DNA of 25,307 bases from a virus (Duplodnaviria; Caudoviricetes): positions 1 through 25,307 of IMG/VR virus record IMGVR_UViG_3300033067_000680. One strand, given 5' to 3'. Below the pieces are notes generated by a model. That model did not search any database. It had not been told where the DNA came from and saw nothing but the letters and a program-made list of their open reading frames with translations. A program made the position numbers and the translations under genes. Positions 7,541 to 15,776 of the stretch are shown here, one piece after another; within the stretch, counting starts at the first letter, position 1; the number at the start of each line of letters is the position of its first letter.

Positions 7541-8940
7541 GCCGCCTCCGCTTCGTGCGTGGCCAGCTCGAACAGCTCCAGCAGGCGAGACATGCGTCGG
7601 TTCTTCGGCATGAGAGACAGCTCGTAGACCTCTTCCTCGCGTGTGCCTTCGGCAATGACCGTCAACACCTCGGTGCGCTCGGTCTGCCCGATGCGTGCTT
7701 GGCGCCGGCTGCCCTGCTTGAACCATTCGAGGTTGTGGGTCGGGCCGGCCCAGATCGTCGAAGTGCCCTTGGTGAACGTGAAGCCGTGGGCCACGCTCTG
7801 CGGGTGGCCGAGCAAGAGGTCGTACTCGCCGCGCTGGTACTTGAGGTTGATCGCGTAGCGCTCGTCGTCGTCGACCGTGCCGTCGATGTAAGCCACGCGC
7901 ATCTTGCGGGACTTGGCGTGTTGCAGGAGCAGGTCGCGCTGGTGCCGCCAGAAGAACAGCACGAACGGATGCTTACGCTCTTGCGCGAGGTCAATGAGCA
8001 TCTCGTAGCGCGACTCGTCGAGCACGGCGTAGTTGCCGGCGGCGTCGTACACCGCACCGCTGGTGATCTGCATCAGCTTGGTCGCGACGCTGGCCGCATG
8101 CACGGCATTGATCGTGTTGGTCGACGTGAGCAGCGGCAGAAGCTGGTTCTGCTCCATGTCGTCGTACATGCGCTGCTGCTTGGGCGTCATGTAGTAGGGC
8201 AAGGTGTGCGTGTGAGTCTTGGGGATGTCCACGCAGTCGTCGAACGCGTGACGGATCACGATGTCGGAGAGCAAGCCGAACACGGCCTCTTCGGCACCGT
8301 CCTTGTCGGTCCACTTGATCGCGTTGGCGTCGCGAGCCACTTGCTTGGGCGTGCACACGCTGTTGCGGAAGCCGTAGAAGCTGTTGCCTAGGCGCTTGCC
8401 GCCGTCAGCGATCATGACTTGGTGCCAGATGTCGCAGATGCCGTTCGAGGTCGGCGTAGCGGTCATCAGCTTGCGCTGCGTGAAGTGCTTGCTGATCTTG
8501 TACGCCGAACGCGAGCGCAAGCTGGTGTGATGCTTGTAGGCCGGCGACTCGTCAATGATCAGCTCGCTGAACTTCTTGAAGAAGGGCGGCTTCTGCTTGG
8601 CCAGCCAGTTCACGGCGTCGTGGTTCGTGATGTAGATGTCCGCGTCGGCAGCGAACGCCTTCTCGCGATTGGCGGCCACGGCCACGGAGGGCTTGAGGTG
8701 CGGGGCGAACTTTGCCAAGTCCGCTTGCCACGTGGCACGCAGCAGGCTGCGCGGCGCCAGCACCAGGGCACAGCCACCACGCTTGGCACGCCGGGCAGCG
8801 AAGCCCATGATGCGCACGAAGGTCTTGCCGGTGCCCGGGTCGCTGAAGTCCAAGACCTCGGGATGCGTGGCGTCGTGCGCAAGGCTGAGGGCTTGGTGCG
8901 CCATCGCTTTGATGGCGGATTTGGCGCGGCTTTTGATCAT
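7537..8940 (-). CDS. SNF2-like SF2 helicase/ATPase
   Basis: DPGTGKT (I), LAPRSL (Ia), IIDES (II), MTATP (III), HGFTF (V), QxxxRxxRIGQ (VI); start ATG 8940 by ATGA overlap. Confidence 0.92.
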   Translation of the reverse strand: MIKSRAKSAIKAMAHQALSLAHDATHPEVLDFSDPGTGKTFVRIMGFAARRAKRGGCALVLAPRSLLRATWQADLAKFAPHLKPSVAVAANREKAFAADADIYITNHDAVNWLAKQKPPFFKKFSELIIDESPAYKHHTSLRSRSAYKISKHFTQRKLMTATPTSNGICDIWHQVMIADGGKRLGNSFYGFRNSVCTPKQVARDANAIKWTDKDGAEEAVFGLLSDIVIRHAFDDCVDIPKTHTHTLPYYMTPKQQRMYDDMEQNQLLPLLTSTNTINAVHAASVATKLMQITSGAVYDAAGNYAVLDESRYEMLIDLAQERKHPFVLFFWRHQRDLLLQHAKSRKMRVAYIDGTVDDDERYAINLKYQRGEYDLLLGHPQSVAHGFTFTKGTSTIWAGPTHNLEWFKQGSRRQARIGQTERTEVLTVIAEGTREEEVYELSLMPKNRRMSRLLELFELATHEAEAA

Positions 8941-9188
8941 TGAAGGTTCCTTGAGGTGATGGCGTCCTGACACGCGCCCAGCAACATGCCGAACGTCGGG
9001 CCGGTGACCACGTCAACGTGCGTGTGGAAGGCCACGAAGCCGCTGAGGGCGCAGACGGCTGGATCGCGGCTGGCTTCTTTGCCCTCGGCCACGGCCTCGG
9101 ACACGGCCTCAGCGAGGCTCTCGACCAACCACTCGAACCGCTGCGGTGTGGCCGCAGCTTCCAGCGCGAGGTGATGGCGTCGGGTCAT
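8937..9188 (-). CDS. Hypothetical protein
   Basis: ATGA overlaps at both ends; MTRRHHLAL... Confidence 0.65.
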   Translation of the reverse strand: MTRRHHLALEAAATPQRFEWLVESLAEAVSEAVAEGKEASRDPAVCALSGFVAFHTHVDVVTGPTFGMLLGACQDAITSRNLQ

Positions 9189-9892
9189 TTCTTCCCAACT
9201 TCGCAGTGGCCGGTGCCCCAGGGGCCGTAGCCGCACCACTTGCAGCTGAAGATGTTCGGGTTCGGCGGGAACTGCGTGCAGGTCGTGATGGCCGTGCCAC
9301 GGCTGTGCCAGCGGTCGCGGAAGCGCAGCGCCTGGGCACGGGTGAACTTGATGGCGGTGACCTCGTTCACGTCGAGGTACCACAGCTCAGCGTGCACGGT
9401 CTCCAGCTCAGGGTGGCGCAGGAACGAGACCAGCGCGTACAGCTGGAGCTGCTCGCCGTGCTTGACTTCGTTGCCGAACTTCTTGCCGGTCTTGTAGTCG
9501 ATGACGATTGCTTCGGTCTTGTCGATGTGGACCAGGGCGTCGAGCTTCAGACGAAGCCAGCCCTGCTTCCACTCGGTCGGCACCCAGTCCTCGTCCATGG
9601 CCCACTCGCCTTCGAGCGAGACTTGGCCTGCGGCGTAGAGGCAGCGCAGGAGGTCGATCTGCGGGCCGAAGTGCTTCTCGGCCTCGTGCGGCATCTCGTC
9701 GATGTTGCCGCGCACGTAGTTCTCGCAGCCGTCATGCACGCGGGAGCCGCGGTCGTTGGCGTGCTCCGTCTTGCCGGGAGGCAGCGGGCGCTCTGGCTCG
9801 GGAATGCGCTGATCGTGCTTGAGCCAGAACATGCGCTTGCACTTCTCGAAGTCGACGGACTTGCTGTGGCTCCAGGATTTCGGGGGTGTCAT
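9185..9892 (-). CDS. Cas4/RecB-like PD-(D/E)XK exonuclease with Fe-S cysteines
   Basis: N-terminal Cys, GSRVH, LDAL, IDYKTG, QLQLY and C-terminal CKWC...C. Confidence 0.9.
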   Translation of the reverse strand: MTPPKSWSHSKSVDFEKCKRMFWLKHDQRIPEPERPLPPGKTEHANDRGSRVHDGCENYVRGNIDEMPHEAEKHFGPQIDLLRCLYAAGQVSLEGEWAMDEDWVPTEWKQGWLRLKLDALVHIDKTEAIVIDYKTGKKFGNEVKHGEQLQLYALVSFLRHPELETVHAELWYLDVNEVTAIKFTRAQALRFRDRWHSRGTAITTCTQFPPNPNIFSCKWCGYGPWGTGHCEVGKK

Positions 9893-9907
9893 GTCATGGC
9901 CTTGTTG

Positions 9908-9933
9908 AGTCGAACGAAGATCGAAATTAGATC
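9908..9933. promoter_or_regulatory. GATC-N7-GATC copy with a degenerate third unit
   Basis: Minus strand GATC TAATTTC GATC TTCGTTC GACT, upstream of ATG 9892. Confidence 0.5.
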
Positions 9934-10550
9934 ATCGTTCCGAACTCGTCGAATTTGTGCTCCGCGAACAGCTCCGTCAGAGCCTCGTCGCTTTCGAGGT
10001 AGTCGTGCTCTTTTTCGAGGTTGTCGTAGAGCCAGTCGGCGAGGCTTTTGGCGACGTCGAGGATCGCGGTCTCGGCGGCGTCGACGTCGATGTCATCGTC
10101 GAGGTTGAGCCCTACTTCGTCGATTCGCATCGTGCCGCTGTGGCAGTAGCCGCCAGAGGTATAGATTTGTGCGTACCAGTAGCACTCGCCGTGCAGCAGC
10201 CGCCACGGGGCAAGGAACACGTCGATGTCGTTGGCCAGTCGGAACAGTTCTTCGTGGCCGTAAAGTTCTTTGGTCAGCGCTTCATGCACTGAGCCAGAAG
10301 GCGAGCGGTACCGTGCCTTGAACGACGCGCCGTCGCCTTGTGACCAGAAGCCGGAGAAGTGGATGTCGTCAAACTCGACGCTGAAGCCGAAGATCGCAGC
10401 GACGCGAATGAAGTCTTCGAACGTCCAGTCCCACCACTGGTCGGCGTGAACCCAGTGGTGGTGCGTCTCGCGGACCTTGTCTTTCGCGGAGTCGCTGAGT
10501 TCCTCAAAGCGGAACTCCGTCTTGACGTCCTCAGCGACTTCCACGATCAC
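9927..10550 (-). CDS. Highly acidic phage protein with FSGFWSQGDGA motif
   Basis: 207 aa; about 45 D/E versus about 16 K/R by hand count; GTGA overlap with the upstream gene. Confidence 0.8.
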   Translation of the reverse strand: MIVEVAEDVKTEFRFEELSDSAKDKVRETHHHWVHADQWWDWTFEDFIRVAAIFGFSVEFDDIHFSGFWSQGDGASFKARYRSPSGSVHEALTKELYGHEELFRLANDIDVFLAPWRLLHGECYWYAQIYTSGGYCHSGTMRIDEVGLNLDDDIDVDAAETAILDVAKSLADWLYDNLEKEHDYLESDEALTELFAEHKFDEFGTMI

Positions 10551-11158
10551 TCCTTGCTGTCGAGGTAGGCCACCAGGGCGGCGATGCCGGCCTGACGCTT
10601 TTCGATCTCGGCCACGAGCTTCTTGGGCTTGGTCTTGATCGCGTCGAGTTCGGCGATCTTGGCTTCTTGTGCGGCGATCAGCTCGTAGATCGAGCTGTCG
10701 CTCATGCCGGCGACGTCTTGGCCGTTGACCAGGGTCTTGGTGGTGACTTCGATGGCGTTGGTGGTGTTCATGATGGGTTCCTCTTTCGGTTCAAAGGGTG
10801 GGGCAAGTTTTTTCGATTTCGGGTCACTGTCTTGGTAAAGCACAGGCAGCTTTGCGGCCGTGTGGCTTCGAGAGGCGTCGCCAGGGTCAGTAGGGCGCGT
10901 GGACGCTCCATACCGTTTGTCGAAATGACGGCGGAGAATCTCTCGGTCGTGGACCCAGAGACTAGCCCCGCGAGTCAGCAAGTGCTTAATCTCAGGCGAG
11001 AACTGATCTGCTCTGTTTCGCAGCTCAGTCCGCATCCCCTCTCGCACTTCTTTTGCCTCAAAGTGGAGGCGCTTCTGGTACCAGTTGTAGAAGTCACGCT
11101 CGTTCTCCAAGACTAGAGCGATCTCTTCAAGCTGGGTCAGGGTCAGTAGTCTCGACAC
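10547..11158 (-). CDS. Hypothetical protein with probable in-frame internal start at 10771
   Basis: GGAGG SD before GTG 11158; a second SD (GAGGA) before in-frame ATG 10771 giving a 74-aa C-terminal product. Confidence 0.65.
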   Translation of the reverse strand: MSRLLTLTQLEEIALVLENERDFYNWYQKRLHFEAKEVREGMRTELRNRADQFSPEIKHLLTRGASLWVHDREILRRHFDKRYGASTRPTDPGDASRSHTAAKLPVLYQDSDPKSKKLAPPFEPKEEPIMNTTNAIEVTTKTLVNGQDVAGMSDSSIYELIAAQEAKIAELDAIKTKPKKLVAEIEKRQAGIAALVAYLDSKE

Positions 11159-11169
11159 ATCTCTTCCTC

Positions 11170-12261
11170 CTACAGTTGAATGCGCACGTGCTCGCCCCAG
11201 GGCGGCACAACGCTGGTTGTCATGACCCACAGCACGGGGTACGGTGGGGGCTCGTCTGGGAACGGCCCGTAGCCGTCCGTCAGGTAGACCAAGCACGAGG
11301 GCTTGATGTCGCGCTCTTCGAGCCAAGCGAACGGCGGGCGGAAATCCGTGCCGCCGAAGCCCTTGGCCTCCATCGCGAACTCGTCGTGCGGGCTCAGCTC
11401 CGCGACGCTCTGCACGTCGGCGTCACAGCACATGACGCGCGTGACTTGAGGCCGCGCGCTGGTGTGGATGTCGCGCATCTCGGACGTGAGCGCGTCCCAG
11501 ATCGGCTCGGTGACGGAGCCGGAGGTGTCGCCGACGCAGGTGATGTCGCGCACGGTGTGGCTGTGCATGCCGGGCAGGATCAAGCCCAGCGAGGCGTACA
11601 TGCGATTCGGCTTGGCCCAGCTGAAGTCGTCGCGTGCCGACTCGGTGGCAAAGCGACGCAGGCGTGAGCGCCAGTCTTCCTTCGGGTCCGTCAGCTCCTT
11701 GACGTAGCGGGCCAGCTCGCCGGGCACCGTGCCGTTGCGCTTGGCCGCTGTGTTGGCGGCCTGGATGGTCGCGACTTTCCACGTGTTGCGCACCTCGGCA
11801 GTCGGCGGCGCGTCCATGTGGCCGTCGAACTCGTTGGAGTCGTCATCGTCCTCGGGCTCGGGCAAGAGGTTGTAGACCTCTTCGCCCGTCATGCCCTTGT
11901 AGCGCGCGTCGCAGTACCAGTTGTTCGGGATCTTGAACCCGGCCTCTTGGAGCATCAGGTTGTCGACGTGATCGACGGCGATGTTCCACTTCTTCGGGTT
12001 GCGATCGCCGCGCCGGGCCATGTGGTCGAGCGCGCAGTGGCCGATCTCGTGGGCCACGCCGGCTTCGACGGTGTCCGCAGGGTGATCCAGCACCCACTGG
12101 GGGTGATAGAACAAATGGACGCCGTCGGTAGCCAGCGTCGCCGGCTTGAGGTCGGGCTGCTCGACACGACGGAGCTGCAGCGCCAGTGAGCCGTAGAACG
12201 GCTGCTTCTTAATCAGGTTGATGACCGCTTTGGTCAGCTTGGTTGCGGCTTCGGAGTTCAC
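11170..12261 (-). CDS. DUF2201-type HExxH metallopeptidase fused to a vWA-like domain
   Basis: TLATDG, AHEIGH, WNIAVD; acidic linker; MIDAS DTSGS, GFGGTDF, YLTDGYG; AAGGA SD before GTG 12261. Confidence 0.9.
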   Translation of the reverse strand: MNSEAATKLTKAVINLIKKQPFYGSLALQLRRVEQPDLKPATLATDGVHLFYHPQWVLDHPADTVEAGVAHEIGHCALDHMARRGDRNPKKWNIAVDHVDNLMLQEAGFKIPNNWYCDARYKGMTGEEVYNLLPEPEDDDDSNEFDGHMDAPPTAEVRNTWKVATIQAANTAAKRNGTVPGELARYVKELTDPKEDWRSRLRRFATESARDDFSWAKPNRMYASLGLILPGMHSHTVRDITCVGDTSGSVTEPIWDALTSEMRDIHTSARPQVTRVMCCDADVQSVAELSPHDEFAMEAKGFGGTDFRPPFAWLEERDIKPSCLVYLTDGYGPFPDEPPPYPVLWVMTTSVVPPWGEHVRIQL

Positions 12262-12454
12262 GTTGTGCTTCCTTGTTGAGTCGGTCCTTCGCCGCCACCG
12301 CACTTGCCCAGGTCAAGTTCGTCAGACGAGGCGGCAAGTTCGGCGGGTGCTTGCCAGTCAGTGCGGCTTCGACGACCTCGGTCACGTCGGGCTGGGGCAC
12401 GACGTTGTAGGTCGCCTTGCTGTTCCGCGTGACCCGGTAGAACCGGACTACCAC
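12209..12454 (-). CDS. Possible small hypothetical protein
   Basis: Fills the gap between the DUF3150-like and vWA genes; weak SD and 53-nt overlap downstream. Confidence 0.4.
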   Translation of the reverse strand: MVVRFYRVTRNSKATYNVVPQPDVTEVVEAALTGKHPPNLPPRLTNLTWASAVAAKDRLNKEAQRELRSRNQADQSGHQPD

Positions 12455-13272
12455 TGCATGCGCGCCAACAACTTGTCGGCGTCGTCTGCGAGGCGCGAGC
12501 GCACTGCGGCGTTCGCCTTGATCGTGGAGGTCGGCACCAGCAGGCCCTGCATGTCCTGGGCCACGCGTGCCAGCTCAGGGTCGCCGTTCAGGTTCAGCGC
12601 CGGCAGCACCTTGATGAGGTGCGCGGTCTTCTCCATCATGGAGTCGTAGATGCGCGGCTTGTCCTTCGAGCACGTGTCGCGGATGTTCTCCACGATCTCG
12701 CGCACGCGGTCCCACAGGTCAGCCTGCGCGGCCTTGAGTTTGCCGAGCTGTTCGGACTCGATGTCCTCGCGGATCTGCTTGAGGTGGGCCTCGCTCAAGG
12801 TGACACGGAAGTCGTCCGCCGTGCTGATGGCGTCGAACGTCACCTTGAAGAAGTAGCGGTCGCGCACGTCGGACGGGTAGTCCTTGGGGTCATACAGCGT
12901 GCCGCAGTTGACGCGGGCCTCTTGCACAAGGCGCGGGTAGGCCTCGTGCAAGGTACGCACGCGAGCGTCGAACTCGCGCTTGTACTGCTCCATGACGGTC
13001 GTGTACTCGTCGAACAGCGTGGCCGGCAGCACGCGCTCGCCCTTGTCGCCCCAGGGCGTCGTCATGCTGTAGTGGTACTGCCGCGCGGCGCCTTCGATCT
13101 GCTGCGTGGGGCGCAAGGCCTCCTCGGCGATCAGCAGCTTGTTGAAGCGGCCTGCGTTCTTCGCGCCGTGGTTCGCATTGACTTCGCGCGTGGCTTTGGG
13201 GTCGAGCTTGCGCGCGGTCCACTGACGCACCGTCAGCGTGGCCGTCATCGCGTAGTCTTTGAGGGAGTTCAT
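12448..13272 (-). CDS. DUF3150-like helical protein
   Basis: WTARKLD, FNKLL, TTPW.D.GERVLP, KDYP and LNLNGDPEL pattern; ATGA overlap; family call from memory. Confidence 0.65.
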   Translation of the reverse strand: MNSLKDYAMTATLTVRQWTARKLDPKATREVNANHGAKNAGRFNKLLIAEEALRPTQQIEGAARQYHYSMTTPWGDKGERVLPATLFDEYTTVMEQYKREFDARVRTLHEAYPRLVQEARVNCGTLYDPKDYPSDVRDRYFFKVTFDAISTADDFRVTLSEAHLKQIREDIESEQLGKLKAAQADLWDRVREIVENIRDTCSKDKPRIYDSMMEKTAHLIKVLPALNLNGDPELARVAQDMQGLLVPTSTIKANAAVRSRLADDADKLLARMQW

Positions 13273-13802
13273 GCGGTCTTTCCTTTGGGCCAGCCAGCGG
13301 CCATGAGGTCCGTGACGAGGTTCGCCAGCGCCGGCACGCCGGCGGTCTTCTCTTCGTCCTTCGGGATGTACTTGTCGAACTCGGGCAGCAGTTCACACAG
13401 CTTGTTCGTCGTGGTGACGCTGTAGACGACGCCCTTGAGCTTGGACTCGATGTCAGTCAAGCGTTCGATCTGGGCGGCGTAGGCTTCGCGCAGCGCGATC
13501 AGCTCGATACGGTGGTCGTCAGACACGGGCCAAGCCTTGTAGCTTGCGTCGGCGGTCTCCATGAAGCTGCCGACTGCACCACGCACGAAATGGTTCTGGT
13601 GCCGAAGCGGAAACAGCCCGTAGAGGTAGCACGTGTCGAGCAGGAGCGGGTTGACCTTGAAGGTCTCCTGCACGCACTTCGGTGCGACGGCGAGCACGGC
13701 CTTCTGCGCCAGCTCGCGGATCTTGCTGTCGTAGTCCTCGGTCGGCACATCGGCCAGGATGGACTTGATGATGGCTTCGCGCAGGGTGTTGGTCAGTCGC
13801 AT
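13269..13802 (-). CDS. Nmad5-like (nucleotide modification associated domain 5) protein
   Basis: Begins MRLTNTLREAI and ends SVTTTNKLCELLPEFDKYIP; GGAG SD before ATG 13802. Confidence 0.7.
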   Translation of the reverse strand: MRLTNTLREAIIKSILADVPTEDYDSKIRELAQKAVLAVAPKCVQETFKVNPLLLDTCYLYGLFPLRHQNHFVRGAVGSFMETADASYKAWPVSDDHRIELIALREAYAAQIERLTDIESKLKGVVYSVTTTNKLCELLPEFDKYIPKDEEKTAGVPALANLVTDLMAAGWPKGKTA

Positions 13803-13813
13803 GTAGGTCTCCG

Positions 13814-14824
13814 TTAGACGACGATGTCGCGGTTGGCGAGGCACCAGTCGCGGAACTCGGTCGTCGCGCTGATGTCATGGTGGGCCTTGCGAGCCAGCTG
13901 GTCACGCATGAACACAGTCTGGAACTCGCGGGGCAGGCGGCTCACGTACGGCATGTACGTGCGGAAGGCCTTGACCGAGTCGCTGGCGTTGTCCAGCATG
14001 CCGGTGACGGCGTACAAGGCGCTGGGCGACTCCGGCACCGGCGTGCCCGTGGGGTCGAGAGCGATTTGGTCGGGGTCAGGCAGCTGCGAGGCTTGGGTAA
14101 AGAACGCCACGTACTCGTTCGCAGCGCCCGTGCCGACTGCACCAGCCACCAGCTCCAGAGCCACGTCGATCGGGCGATTACGGCGCATGATCTTGTCGGC
14201 CACGACCCAGCTGCGCGGGCTCGGGAACGGGTCCTCCGCAGCGTTGCCGTCCATCTTGTGCAGCAGGCCGTTGCGAAAACGCAGGAAGCCGATGGTGTAG
14301 GGCGACATGTCGGGCGCGTACTGGCGAGCCCAGGACGTGAAGTCGGCCAAGCTGGGTTCGAGCTGCACGTGCACCATGCGGTTGGCCAGGGCCTTGGGCA
14401 TGCGGTTGAACACGGACTTGTCGCCGGCACGGTTGCCCGCGGCAACGATGGCCCAGCCCTCGGGCAGCTCGTAGTTGCCGACGCGACGGTCGAGGAAGAG
14501 CTGGTACATGGCCGCCTGGACGGCCAGCGGGGCGCTAGTCAGCTCGTCGAGGAACAGCACGCCCTTGGACTTCGGGTCGGTGGGCAAGAAGTCCGGCGTC
14601 AGCCAGCGCATGACGCCCTTCTTGGCGTCCGGGGCAGGGAAGCCCTTGATGTCGGTCGGGTCCATCTGACTGCCGCGCATCGTGTCCCAGACGGGGAGGT
14701 CGAGCGCAGCGCCGGCTTGGCGCACGCAGTCGGACTTACCAATGCCAGGGCCGCCAGTGATGATCACGGGCATGCGCTCGGCGATGAAGAAGGGCAGCTC
14801 TTGGGCGAGTTGCGAGGGGGTCAT
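13814..14824 (-). CDS. MoxR-like AAA+ ATPase
   Basis: Walker A GGPGIGKS, DIKGFP, Walker B LFLDEL, sensor AAGN, Arg finger ALANR, FPSPRSW. Confidence 0.92.
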   Translation of the reverse strand: MTPSQLAQELPFFIAERMPVIITGGPGIGKSDCVRQAGAALDLPVWDTMRGSQMDPTDIKGFPAPDAKKGVMRWLTPDFLPTDPKSKGVLFLDELTSAPLAVQAAMYQLFLDRRVGNYELPEGWAIVAAGNRAGDKSVFNRMPKALANRMVHVQLEPSLADFTSWARQYAPDMSPYTIGFLRFRNGLLHKMDGNAAEDPFPSPRSWVVADKIMRRNRPIDVALELVAGAVGTGAANEYVAFFTQASQLPDPDQIALDPTGTPVPESPSALYAVTGMLDNASDSVKAFRTYMPYVSRLPREFQTVFMRDQLARKAHHDISATTEFRDWCLANRDIVV

Positions 14825-14887
14825 GTTTGCTCCAGGCAGGGCTCCGCCAGCCGCAGCTCGGCGGCGAAGCAGAAGGTGAGGGGAGGG

Positions 14888-15055
14888 TTAGCCGACGCGC
14901 GAGAGCAGCGCAGCTCGTTCGATCTCTTTGCGCGCGACGTACTTGGCGTACTCGTCGGCGCTCGTCGTGCCCTGCGGGGCGATATTGAAGCGTTCCAGCG
15001 CGCGGCGGCGGCGGGCTTGGGCTTGGGGAGAGGTGTTTGCCTTCTTCATGGTCAT
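14888..15055 (-). CDS. Small basic hypothetical protein
   Basis: GGAG SD; start ATG 15055 or 15049. Confidence 0.6.
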   Translation of the reverse strand: MTMKKANTSPQAQARRRRALERFNIAPQGTTSADEYAKYVARKEIERAALLSRVG

Positions 15056-15075
15056 GGACTCCAAAGGTGGAATGA

Positions 15076-15101
15076 GATCGTACAACGATCTAGGTTAGAA
15101 A
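15076..15101 (-). promoter_or_regulatory. Promoter/operator with GATC-N7-GATC and TACGAT -10
   Basis: Minus strand TCTAACCTAGATCGTTGTACGAT aligns with TCTACTCAAGATCGTATTACGAT at 4758-4736; palindrome GATCG-N5-CGATC at 15076-15090. Confidence 0.6.
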
Positions 15102-15211
15102 AGCCAGTACGTCCAAACGCCGCCGCGCATGCGACGGAACTGGCGTGTGTTGGCAAAGCCGCCGTAGCGGTAGAACTGGTACTTGCTGAGACGCTTGCAG
15201 CCGATGTTCAT
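15095..15211 (-). CDS. 38-aa basic/aromatic peptide (not in ORF track)
   Basis: MNIGCKRLSKYQFYRYGGFANTRQFRRMRGGVWTYWLF; ATGA overlap; fills the gap exactly. Confidence 0.55.
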   Translation of the reverse strand: MNIGCKRLSKYQFYRYGGFANTRQFRRMRGGVWTYWLF

Positions 15212-15423
15212 GGCAAGAGCTTCATGCTGGTGGCGTACTCGATCGCTGGAGTCAGCCACATGGTTTCGGTGGGGCGAGGGTGGCGCGGCGGGACTAAGTA
15301 GCCGGACTCGATGGCGTCGTCGAAGTCTTCGTCTGTGAGAGAGAAGACCTCGTCGCCGTCTTCGGTTTCCAGGCTGATCTGGTGCCGATCGCGTTCGATC
15401 CAGACGTTGACGCGGTAGTTCAT
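15208..15423 (-). CDS. Small acidic hypothetical protein
   Basis: 71 aa, ATGA overlap, GGAGGAG SD. Confidence 0.7.
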   Translation of the reverse strand: MNYRVNVWIERDRHQISLETEDGDEVFSLTDEDFDDAIESGYLVPPRHPRPTETMWLTPAIEYATSMKLLP

Positions 15424-15776
15424 TTCAGCAACTCCTCCGGCACGTCGACCTCGTCGCCCAGCTTGGAGGCGACGTAGCAGCGCATGGCTGCAATGAGGGG
15501 AGTGGGTCCGCTGGCATACAAGCGGTGTACTGCCCCGTCCCAGATGTACCCAAAGTGGAGGCCGGGCCGCTCTTCTCTGAAGCTGAGCTTCTCCCGCTCG
15601 ATGATCGGCCCGCCTTGGGCCCAGTCGGTTGAAGGGTGGAAGTCCTCAGGGTCGTTAAGCCCAGACCATACGGCGACACGTTTGTCGCCGCAGGGGATTA
15701 CCACAGCGAGGTCTTTAGCCGTCGCCACAGCCCAGTCCAGCGCAACGCCGGACAGCTCGGATGTTTGGGTCTTCAA
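15420..15776 (-). CDS. NinX/DUF2591-like phage protein
   Basis: LSGVALDWAVA, PSTDWAQGGPIIERE, GPTPLIAAMRCYVASKLG; TTG start via TTGA overlap. Confidence 0.82.
   Translation of the reverse strand: MKTQTSELSGVALDWAVATAKDLAVVIPCGDKRVAVWSGLNDPEDFHPSTDWAQGGPIIEREKLSFREERPGLHFGYIWDGAVHRLYASGPTPLIAAMRCYVASKLGDEVDVPEELLK

Noticed and set aside
9185-9892. Cas4-like gene as evidence of a CRISPR-Cas system
   Set aside because: No cas1/cas2 and no repeat-spacer array; solo Cas4-like nucleases are common in phage replication modules
13806-13820. GGTC-N7-GACG as another copy of the recurrent element
   Set aside because: Both half-sites mismatch, and the similarity is explained by a TAA stop plus SD sequence
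13877-15301. 474-aa plus-strand ORF and other long plus-strand ORFs (4732-5955, 9146-10108, 7555-8391, 12619-13425)
   Set aside because: All lie opposite motif-bearing minus-strand genes, as expected from stop-codon scarcity in high-GC DNA
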